From the IMG/VR virus record IMGVR_UViG_3300030060_001517, positions 1-56,203 of that record: DNA of 56,203 nt. One strand, 5' to 3'. The first letter of the stretch is position 1. Each line of letters begins with the position of its first letter. This document shows, piece after piece, positions 47,154-54,232 of this stretch. The notes beneath the pieces were generated by a model. The model made no database searches, was not told the DNA's origin, and saw nothing but the letters and a program-made list of their open reading frames with translations. The position numbers and the translations under genes are program-made. The stretch is from a virus (Duplodnaviria > Caudoviricetes).

Positions 47154-47915
47154 ATGTCAACTAAGAAAGAACCCAGTGGTGACTGGCAAAAAACATTAAG
47201 AAAAGGTAAGCAGAAAGTGCCACCAAGAATATGCATATATGGTAGTCATGGTATTGGTAAATCTACGATTGCTTCTCAATTTCCTAATCCTATTTTTATA
47301 AGTACTGAAGATGGGTTAGACAGTTTAGATGTAGTCAGCTTTCCTAAAGCAACTGAGATTTTAGATGTAGTAGATAATATCAAAACTCTCATAAAAGAAG
47401 ATCACGAATACAGAACTGTTGTAGTAGACACTGTTGACTGGTTAATTGAACCTTTAATTCAAAAGAGTGTTGATGACTCTCATGATGCTAAAGAACTGGC
47501 TTACGGTAAAGGTCAAATGTTAGTAGCTGAAGAGTTTAGAGAAATACTTCAAGGTTTAGATCATTTACGTATGAAAAAGAATATGAATGTAGTTTTAGTA
47601 GCACATTCTTCAGTAACTAAGTTTGAAGATCCTCGTACTGAACCTTACGATCGTTATGAGCCTAAACTACCTAAACGATGTAATGCTCTTTTACAAGAGT
47701 GGACTGATGTGATTGCTTTTTGTGCTTTTAAAATATTAATTAGAAAGAGCGACTCTGGTTTTAATAATACTAAAAACAGAGGGGTAACCACTGGGGAAAG
47801 ATTATTACATTTTATTGAAAACCCAGCATATGTTGCTAAAAATCGTTATCAATGTCCAGATGAAATTGAAATGACTATTGATAACCTTAAGAAAATAATG
47901 CCTATAACCGAATAA
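47154..47915 (+). CDS. AAA_24 / Sak4-like ATPase
   Basis: IYGSHGIGKST, TVVVDTVDWL, YGKG, VVLVAH, AKNRY; paired with an SSB. Confidence 0.9.
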   Translation: MSTKKEPSGDWQKTLRKGKQKVPPRICIYGSHGIGKSTIASQFPNPIFISTEDGLDSLDVVSFPKATEILDVVDNIKTLIKEDHEYRTVVVDTVDWLIEPLIQKSVDDSHDAKELAYGKGQMLVAEEFREILQGLDHLRMKKNMNVVLVAHSSVTKFEDPRTEPYDRYEPKLPKRCNALLQEWTDVIAFCAFKILIRKSDSGFNNTKNRGVTTGERLLHFIENPAYVAKNRYQCPDEIEMTIDNLKKIMPITE

Positions 47916-47926
47916 GGAGATATAAA

Positions 47927-48406
47927 ATGGCTAAATTTGGATTTGATACTGCGGAAATAGAAGTTAATACACCTGAAGATTTCTCACCTATACCAGAAGG
48001 AGAGTACACTCTTCAAGCATTAGAAGCAGAAGAAAAAGAAACTAACAATAAAAAAGGTACTTTGATAAAAGCAAAATTTGAAGTTGTGAAAGGACCTCAT
48101 ACTGGTAGATGGATTTGGGAAAATTTTAATATTAATAATCCTAGTGAAGTCGCACAAAGAATAGGTAGATCACAATTAGTGGCTTGGGCTACTGCTTGTG
48201 GTAAACCTGATGCAGATGATACTGATAAATTGATTGGTAAAACATTTCAAGCTACAGTAAAAGTAACTCCTGCAGAAAATGGATATGCAGAAAGTAATGC
48301 CATTAAATCGTTCTTATTTGACAAGAAGACAGAGCAGGTGGATCCCCAATCTCCTGTGAGTTCTTCAGAGGATAAAAAAGAAGAGAAAAGCAATCCTTGG
48401 GATTAA
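47927..48406 (+). CDS. DUF669-like single-stranded DNA-binding protein
   Basis: FSPIPEGEY, FEV..G...GR.IW...N, acidic tail ending PWD. Confidence 0.85.
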   Translation: MAKFGFDTAEIEVNTPEDFSPIPEGEYTLQALEAEEKETNNKKGTLIKAKFEVVKGPHTGRWIWENFNINNPSEVAQRIGRSQLVAWATACGKPDADDTDKLIGKTFQATVKVTPAENGYAESNAIKSFLFDKKTEQVDPQSPVSSSEDKKEEKSNPWD

Positions 48407-48415
48407 ATAAGAACA

Positions 48416-48457
48416 GAAGAGATGACAGATCGCCAACTGTCATCTCTTCATTATTTT
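48416..48457 (+). terminator. Intrinsic terminator after the SSB gene
   Basis: 13-bp perfect stem GAAGAGATGACAG/CTGTCATCTCTTC followed by ATTATTTT. Confidence 0.7.
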
Positions 48458-48469
48458 AGAGGGAATAAT

Positions 48470-49306
48470 ATGGTAAGCATTCCATCAACCATTGGAGATC
48501 AGATAGTTACTCGTATCTATGAAGGATATGAAAAAGCAGATAAATCTCCTCACATCTATTTAGGTAGGTTGGGTTCTTCATCTATTGGAGATGAATGTTT
48601 AAGAAGAATTTGGTTTGATTGGAGAGCATTTGAAAGAGAAGAGTTTGAAGGTAGAATGCTAAGGTTATTTGGAACAGGTCATTGGCAAGAAGAAAGAGTA
48701 GTAGAAGATTTAAGAAGAGCAGGATACAGTGTTTGGGATTTAGATGAAGATGGTAAACAGCATCAAGCTGTAGACAAGAGCGGTCATTTTATAACTAAAT
48801 TAGATGGAGTTATAAAAGGAGTTCCTGGTCATAAAGAAGCACATATATTAGAAATTAAAACTCATAATAAATTAAGTTATAATGCTACAGTTAAACATGG
48901 TGTAGCTAAAAATAAACCTCAGCATTATGCACAAATGCAAATAACTATGTATCTTAAAAAGATAAAGTCTGGTATTTATTTATCAGTTTGTAAAGATGAT
49001 GAGAGAATACATATTGAAAGAATAGAAGCAGATACTAAAGTTCAACAAAGTTTAGTTAAAAGAATAAAATCTTTAATAGATGCTACTTTAATTCCAGCAG
49101 GTATAAGTGATGATGCTGGAAGTTTTGGTTGTAAGTTTTGTGCATTTAAAAAAGTTTGCGTGAAAGAAAAACCCCCATTAAAAAATTGTCGTACTTGTGT
49201 GATGTCTCAACCTATCAAAGAAGGTAGATGGATATGTAATTTAAATAAACAAGTATTAACATTTAAGCAACAAAGAAAAGCATGTTCGGAGTATGAAGCA
49301 ATATGA
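48470..49306 (+). CDS. PD-(D/E)XK exonuclease, Cas4-like with Cys cluster
   Basis: LGSSSIGDEC.R.IW, GH..E, LDG...LEIKT, HYAQMQ, CKFC...C, NCRTC. Start 48470 after GAGGG, because 48422 lies inside the terminator. Confidence 0.85.
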   Translation: MVSIPSTIGDQIVTRIYEGYEKADKSPHIYLGRLGSSSIGDECLRRIWFDWRAFEREEFEGRMLRLFGTGHWQEERVVEDLRRAGYSVWDLDEDGKQHQAVDKSGHFITKLDGVIKGVPGHKEAHILEIKTHNKLSYNATVKHGVAKNKPQHYAQMQITMYLKKIKSGIYLSVCKDDERIHIERIEADTKVQQSLVKRIKSLIDATLIPAGISDDAGSFGCKFCAFKKVCVKEKPPLKNCRTCVMSQPIKEGRWICNLNKQVLTFKQQRKACSEYEAI

Positions 49307-49773
49307 TGACTATAGGAATAGATCCAGGATTATACGGTGCTGTCGGTTTTTTGAAAGATGGTGAATATTATAGAGTAAAAGATATGCCTACTGTAGTTAA
49401 AGGGCAAGGTGCTGTTAAGAATGAAGTTAATCCTTCTGCTCTTATTTCTTTTTTGCAAGATATAGATTATTATCAATCAGTTACAGTAGGATTAGAAAGA
49501 GTTAATGCGATGCCAGGACAAGGAGTTTCAAGTGTATTTAGTTTAGGAGATAGTTTCGGTACAGCTAGATCTTGTGTGTCAGCATGTGGTTATAGTTTAA
49601 CTTATGTTACTCCCCAATCATGGAAAAAACATTTTAAATTAACTTCTGATAAAGAGATGTGTAGAGCTTTCGCTACTAGAATGTTTCCGCAAGCAGAACT
49701 TCATTTAAAGAAACATATTGATAGAGCAGAAGCATTATTAATCGCAAGATATTTATATGAAATTAAAGGTTAA
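49303..49773 (+). CDS. RuvC-like Holliday junction resolvase
   Basis: IGIDPG, ERV..MPGQGVSS.FS.G, P..WK, DRAEALLIA. Confidence 0.88.
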   Translation: MMTIGIDPGLYGAVGFLKDGEYYRVKDMPTVVKGQGAVKNEVNPSALISFLQDIDYYQSVTVGLERVNAMPGQGVSSVFSLGDSFGTARSCVSACGYSLTYVTPQSWKKHFKLTSDKEMCRAFATRMFPQAELHLKKHIDRAEALLIARYLYEIKG

Positions 49774-49792
49774 CAACAAGAGGAGGACAGTG

Positions 49793-49969
49793 ATGTCAAA
49801 AGATAAGAAGGAGCCATGGTTTAAGTGGTATGAAAAACTATCGATGTACTTTGTTGGATTTGTGGTAATCGTTGGTTTAATTATCATAGGAGATATAAAA
49901 GACCAACGGGAAGTAAATGAAAAAAGAGAGGAGTGTTTAGTATTCTTAGAAAATAATCCAGAGCGATAA
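49793..49969 (+). CDS. Small membrane protein
   Basis: GAGGAGG RBS; a single TM helix. Confidence 0.65.
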   Translation: MSKDKKEPWFKWYEKLSMYFVGFVVIVGLIIIGDIKDQREVNEKREECLVFLENNPER

Positions 49970-50101
49970 AGTAAAGTAATTTTAAGGTCAAAGTGATACC
50001 AACTTGGGAGGGTTGTTACCATGAGTAAACATTGAAAGAACATAGCTGTGAATGGATCGTTTCTAATAGCGATAACGATCATTAATTTCTTCGGAGGAGA
50101 A

Positions 50102-50203
50102 ATGCCTATAGAGATCGTTCATGGTAAACAAAAAAGAAGAGGAAGAATAGTACACACAACTGCCGAGTATGAATTAAAAACTGGAGAAGAAGATTATGGG
50201 TAA
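50102..50203 (+). CDS. Small hypothetical protein (33 aa)
   Basis: GGAGGAG RBS; MPIEIVHGKQKRRGR...; not in the ORF track. Confidence 0.5.
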   Translation: MPIEIVHGKQKRRGRIVHTTAEYELKTGEEDYG

Positions 50204-50330
50204 AAGGTTAATTGAAGGAAGAGAAAAGTCAAAAGGTAAGAAATATAGCCACAGACCTCAACGAGCAACAAACACATATTATGATGAAAAAGCTAAGAAA
50301 CATTACAGGAAAGCTGATGTTGAAAAATAA
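50196..50330 (+). CDS. Small basic protein (44 aa)
   Basis: MGKRLIEGREKSKGKKYSHRPQ...; overlaps the previous stop; ends before the promoter. Confidence 0.5.
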   Translation: MGKRLIEGREKSKGKKYSHRPQRATNTYYDEKAKKHYRKADVEK

Positions 50331-50353
50331 TTTAATTATTTTTGTTTTAGGGG

Positions 50354-50430
50354 TTTACTTTTGCAATGAAGTAAGCTATAGTATAAACATTGCTTCATTG
50401 AGCAATATTTTAATAACTTATAACTTATAA
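50354..50430 (+). promoter_or_regulatory. Early promoter nearly identical to the 36021 element, with overlapping double TAACTTATAA
   Basis: TTTACTTTTGCAATGAAGTAAGCTATAGT; ATTGCT/AGCAAT hairpin; TAACTTATAACTTATAA at 50414-50430. Confidence 0.8.
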
Positions 50431-50444
50431 CAGGAGACTATAAA

Positions 50445-50822
50445 ATGACTAACACTATAAAACTTACAGACAAAGAAGTTCAAGTTCTTACTTCAATATA
50501 TAAAATGGCATTATCACAAAGTGGTTATACTGATGGAATTAGTAAAAAAGGCGACTTAGATGATTTAATAGAAGAGGTAAGAGTTTATATTGATGCATTA
50601 GACATTAGTATCATGCCAGCAACTAGACATATGTCTATGAAAAGTATTGGCGGTGTCTTAACTTCTTTACAATCAAAAGGATTAATATTTGCTGATGAAT
50701 GTGTTGAAAGTGTAAAAGGTTTAATGCAGTTTGGTATAGAGCCAAGTGGAATAGAAGTTGTATTCAATAACATTCATTATTCATCAGAGATGGAAGTACC
50801 TGTAAGATGGGGAGATAAATAA
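50445..50822 (+). CDS. Putative winged-helix DNA-binding protein
   Basis: LTDKEVQVL...SIGGVLTSLQSKGLI pattern; CAGGAG RBS. Confidence 0.55.
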   Translation: MTNTIKLTDKEVQVLTSIYKMALSQSGYTDGISKKGDLDDLIEEVRVYIDALDISIMPATRHMSMKSIGGVLTSLQSKGLIFADECVESVKGLMQFGIEPSGIEVVFNNIHYSSEMEVPVRWGDK

Positions 50823-51001
50823 TGGTTAACAAATTAGAACTTACAGATATGGAATTACATGAGCTATACACTGATATGATTGGTACATTACAAGGTTATG
50901 TTGACTGTGACGAAAGAGGTGAGCATTACAAGGCAGCATTGAGAGTGTTTAGAAAAATAGAAAAAGTAGGAAATTATGAACCTACTGATTGGAGTAGATA
51001 A
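50822..51001 (+). CDS. Small hypothetical protein (59 aa)
   Basis: GGGAG RBS; TAATG overlap; not in the ORF track. Confidence 0.6.
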   Translation: MVNKLELTDMELHELYTDMIGTLQGYVDCDERGEHYKAALRVFRKIEKVGNYEPTDWSR

Positions 51002-51002
51002 T

Positions 51003-51083
51003 ATGTTTGATACAGAAGATTATTTTATTATTGGTTGCACATTAGTTTGTGTTTTTATTTACATGCAATTTATAGGATTTTAA
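51003..51083 (+). CDS. Tiny membrane peptide (26 aa)
   Basis: GGAG RBS; MFDTEDYFIIGCTLVCVFIYMQFIGF exactly fills the gap. Confidence 0.45.
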   Translation: MFDTEDYFIIGCTLVCVFIYMQFIGF

Positions 51084-51084
51084 T

Positions 51085-51582
51085 ATGAATATTTTCTTTA
51101 CAGACCGCAATCCTGTTCTGGCTGCTCAATCTCAGCCAGACAAGATGTTAGTTAAAATGGTATTAGAAACTGCTCAGATGTTATGCACTGCTCATAGAGT
51201 TTGTGATCCTGATGAGACCTGGCATGATGAGGTTGGGTTATATAAAATTGCTTTCAAAAATCATCCTTGCTCAGTTTGGGCAAGACAATCTGTAGGAAAC
51301 TATCATTGGTTGTGTTTACATTTTCATGCTCTTTGTGATGAGTACAGATTAAGATATCAAAGAGTCCATGCTTGTGATAAAAAGTTTAGAAAACATTTTA
51401 ATAATGTTTTATATGTTGCACCTAAAAATATAGCTCAATATTCTAGAACTCCTGTTGCTCAAGCTATGCCAGATGAATATAAAAATGATGATCCTGTAAA
51501 AGCATATAGAGATTATGTGATCAATGAAAAACATTATGCTGAATGGAACCATAATCGTAGTAAACCTGATTGGTGGAAGTAA
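51085..51582 (+). CDS. Pyrimidine-dimer DNA glycosylase (DenV-like)
   Basis: MNIF..D..P..AA...DK...KM.LE.AQML.T, NHPC..W, L..EY..RY...H, QAMP..Y. Confidence 0.82.
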   Translation: MNIFFTDRNPVLAAQSQPDKMLVKMVLETAQMLCTAHRVCDPDETWHDEVGLYKIAFKNHPCSVWARQSVGNYHWLCLHFHALCDEYRLRYQRVHACDKKFRKHFNNVLYVAPKNIAQYSRTPVAQAMPDEYKNDDPVKAYRDYVINEKHYAEWNHNRSKPDWWK

Positions 51583-51830
51583 TGGAAACAACTGAGTTAG
51601 AAGAGAGAATTATGTTTGGTTGTACTATAAACGATTTAGATATGTTAGTAGAAGAATGCATATCAATTGAAGTTTTAATTCTTTCTATATTAACTCAAGC
51701 ACAAGATGCCATGTTAGAAGGTAAATTAGAAGAAGCATCTCAATATATAAACAGAAGTAAATATATGTTACATGAGTTAGCTTCTTCTAAAATTGTAGAA
51801 ATGTTTGTTGCTAATAGATTAAAAAATTAA
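51582..51830 (+). CDS. Hypothetical protein
   Basis: MFGC...L...SILT.AQ...E.A.QYINR.K motif. Confidence 0.7.
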   Translation: METTELEERIMFGCTINDLDMLVEECISIEVLILSILTQAQDAMLEGKLEEASQYINRSKYMLHELASSKIVEMFVANRLKN

Positions 51831-51840
51831 GGAGGATGCG

Positions 51841-51993
51841 ATGTCAGATAAAGAATATGAAATGACTAGAGAAGAGTACCTCGCTGATCAACATGAATAT
51901 GATAAAGCGATGGATCATTTTGATAAAGATGGCTACTGTGAATTTTGTGGTCGTCATGCTGATGAAGGGATACATTATAAATGTTGGAAGTAA
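51841..51993 (+). CDS. Small Zn-finger-like protein (50 aa)
   Basis: AAGGAGG RBS; CEFCGRH....H..C; not in the ORF track. Confidence 0.6.
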   Translation: MSDKEYEMTREEYLADQHEYDKAMDHFDKDGYCEFCGRHADEGIHYKCWK

Positions 51994-52628
51994 AAGAAGA
52001 CGGTCTGGTAGCTAATTTATTTTCTACTCAAGTATACAAATTTACTAAATATAGTAAAGTGAGTGTTACTCCATTTGATTGCTCAAAAGAAGAGGAAGAT
52101 CTATATAATAATGAAGGTAATTTTACCAGTTCAAATAATTATATTTTAGATTTACCTCATTATAAATTAATAAAAGACAGGATCATGGAAGGATTAAAGT
52201 TTTATGCATATGAAGTTTTGTATATGGATCCTTCTTATGAATTTTATATCACTCAATCTTGGCTTAACATAACTCGACCTCGTGGTTATCATCATCAACA
52301 TCAACATGCTAATTCTATAATCAGCGGTATATATTATGTAGATTGTGGGGAAGGAGTTAATGAAAGTCAAACTACATTAATTAATACTAATTTTATAAAT
52401 ATTACAGGAAATCAAAATTGGTATTTTAAGAAAACAAAATACACTTCTCAAAATACTCAGGAGTGGATTATTCCTGGCAGCAATAATGACATAATTTATT
52501 TTCCTTCAACATTACAACATCATGTAGGAACAAATACAGCTAAAACAAATAGAAAGAGTTTATCTTTTAATACTTTTATAAGAGGAAAAATAGGAGATCA
52601 AAATTATTTAAGTGAATTGAAACTTTAA
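51981..52628 (+). CDS. 2OG-Fe(II) oxygenase, TIGR02466-like
   Basis: ITQSWLN...HQH.NS.ISGIYY...FPS.LQH.V......RKSLSFN. Confidence 0.88.
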   Translation: MLEVKEDGLVANLFSTQVYKFTKYSKVSVTPFDCSKEEEDLYNNEGNFTSSNNYILDLPHYKLIKDRIMEGLKFYAYEVLYMDPSYEFYITQSWLNITRPRGYHHQHQHANSIISGIYYVDCGEGVNESQTTLINTNFINITGNQNWYFKKTKYTSQNTQEWIIPGSNNDIIYFPSTLQHHVGTNTAKTNRKSLSFNTFIRGKIGDQNYLSELKL

Positions 52629-52630
52629 AG

Positions 52631-52659
52631 TTGCTTTTTAATTTTTTATGAACTATAGT
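52631..52659 (+). promoter_or_regulatory. Sigma70-like promoter for helicase/primase
   Basis: TTGCTT-N17-TATAGT followed by a degenerate TAACTAATAA box. Confidence 0.7.
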
Positions 52660-52690
52660 AATTTTGATAACTAATAACATGGAGAGGGTG

Positions 52691-54232
52691 ATGCAATTAA
52701 GACTATATCAATCAGAAGCATTTAGTAGTTGCATAAACGCATTAAATGAAGGTCATAACCCTGTACTTCAATTAGCCACAGGTACTGGTAAATCTCTAAT
52801 CATTGCTGCTCTTTGTCAACATTACAGATCATTAAATAAAAAAGTATGGATGCTTACTCATGTTCAACAGTTAGTGAAGCAAAACGCAGAAGCATATAAT
52901 AAATATACTGAGCAAGTAGCTGGTATAGTTTGTGCTGGATTAAATCGTAAAGATCTTGATAGAAGAGTTACCTTTGGAACTATTCAAAGTATGACAAATA
53001 TTTTATCAGAAATAGATGAGCCTTCATTAATTATTATAGACGAAGCTCATAGAGTTCCTCACAATTTTGGAGAGCCTACTCTATATGAAACTATCTTAAG
53101 AAGATATCCCAATGCTCAGAGGGTAGCTATGACTGCTACACCATGGAGAATGGACAATGGTATTATTTATGGTGATGGGGAAGAGTTCTTCTTTGATAAA
53201 TTAGCTTACAATTATCCTGTAACTCGTGCTGTAAGAGACGGATGGCTTTGTCCGTTAATAGGAGTAGAAAGTTCTATTCAATTAAATATGGAAAATGTTT
53301 CAGTAGGCAATGACTTTGTTCAAAAAGAAGCAGGAGAACTTGTCACTGAAGAATGGTTAGAGAATGTAGCTCTAACTATTGATGATTTAGCATCAGAAAG
53401 AAATCATTTAGCTGTTTATTGTCCTACTGTTAAATCTGCTAATTTAACATCTAAAGTTATCCAACAGGTAACTGGTCGTCAATCATCCGTCTTAACTGGA
53501 GATATGTCTCAAGATCAAAGAGATAAAGTTCTCTCCGACTTAAAAGATGGGACCATATCTGTATTATGCTCAGTAGATATGATCACTACTGGGTTCGATT
53601 TCCCTCCCTTAGATTGCATAATCTGTCTGCGTCCAACACTGTCATCCTCTTTGTGGGTTCAGATGCAAGGGAGGGGAACTAGATTACATGAAACTAAAAA
53701 GAATTGTTTAGTGTTAGATTTTGCTGGTAACCTTATACGATTAGGTGGAGTAGATATGTATGAGACATTCTTTAAAGAAAATGGAGAAGAAGTAGAAGCA
53801 GTCGCCAGTGCTCCTTATGTTCGTAAAGAGAGAAAGATCTACCCTGGTCTTACTACTCTCAATCCTATTGATCCGATGACAGGAAGAGATGCAGAAGATA
53901 ATGCAATATTAGAACTTGATGCAATACATAAAGTTAATGCTGTTTCTATAAAAACTCGTAATAGTGATTTCCCTATGATGATGGTGACTTATACTTGCAG
54001 TACTCCAGAAAATGCTCGTATAGATGCTACTCTATTTATTAATACTGCAAGTCCGAAAGAAAAAGATTTTAACTTTTTTAAAGTTCGTAGATTAGCCACT
54101 CCTCTACCTAATGATGCTAAAAGAGTGTCTTATCAAATTAAAGATGCCATCTACCCAGCTAAAATTAAAGTAAGGAAGAATGGTAAATATTGGAATGTAG
54201 TAAGTGAAATGTTTGAAGCAGGAACATATTGA
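52691..54232 (+). CDS. Superfamily 2 DEAH helicase (RadD/YejH-like)
   Basis: LRLYQ, ATGTGKS, DEAH, TATP, TTGFD.P, QMQGRGTR; ATG 52691 follows GGAGAGGG. Confidence 0.92.
   Translation: MQLRLYQSEAFSSCINALNEGHNPVLQLATGTGKSLIIAALCQHYRSLNKKVWMLTHVQQLVKQNAEAYNKYTEQVAGIVCAGLNRKDLDRRVTFGTIQSMTNILSEIDEPSLIIIDEAHRVPHNFGEPTLYETILRRYPNAQRVAMTATPWRMDNGIIYGDGEEFFFDKLAYNYPVTRAVRDGWLCPLIGVESSIQLNMENVSVGNDFVQKEAGELVTEEWLENVALTIDDLASERNHLAVYCPTVKSANLTSKVIQQVTGRQSSVLTGDMSQDQRDKVLSDLKDGTISVLCSVDMITTGFDFPPLDCIICLRPTLSSSLWVQMQGRGTRLHETKKNCLVLDFAGNLIRLGGVDMYETFFKENGEEVEAVASAPYVRKERKIYPGLTTLNPIDPMTGRDAEDNAILELDAIHKVNAVSIKTRNSDFPMMMVTYTCSTPENARIDATLFINTASPKEKDFNFFKVRRLATPLPNDAKRVSYQIKDAIYPAKIKVRKNGKYWNVVSEMFEAGTY

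Noticed and set aside
48470-49306. Cas4-like nuclease as CRISPR-Cas evidence
   Set aside because: It is a standalone phage exonuclease in a Sak4-SSB-RuvC recombination module.
50212-50430. 72-aa ORF in the track
   Set aside because: It starts at TTG and runs through the promoter; the two short ORFs at 50102 and 50196 explain the region better.
34-51591. All minus-strand ORFs and nested plus-strand ORFs (e.g. 5557, 10370, 12699, 35662)
   Set aside because: They are shadows of well-supported + strand genes, with no motifs or convincing RBS.
51981-52628. 2OG oxygenase as a TET/JBP base oxidase
   Set aside because: Its motifs match the TIGR02466-like family, not TET/JBP, and it is unlinked to the modification genes.
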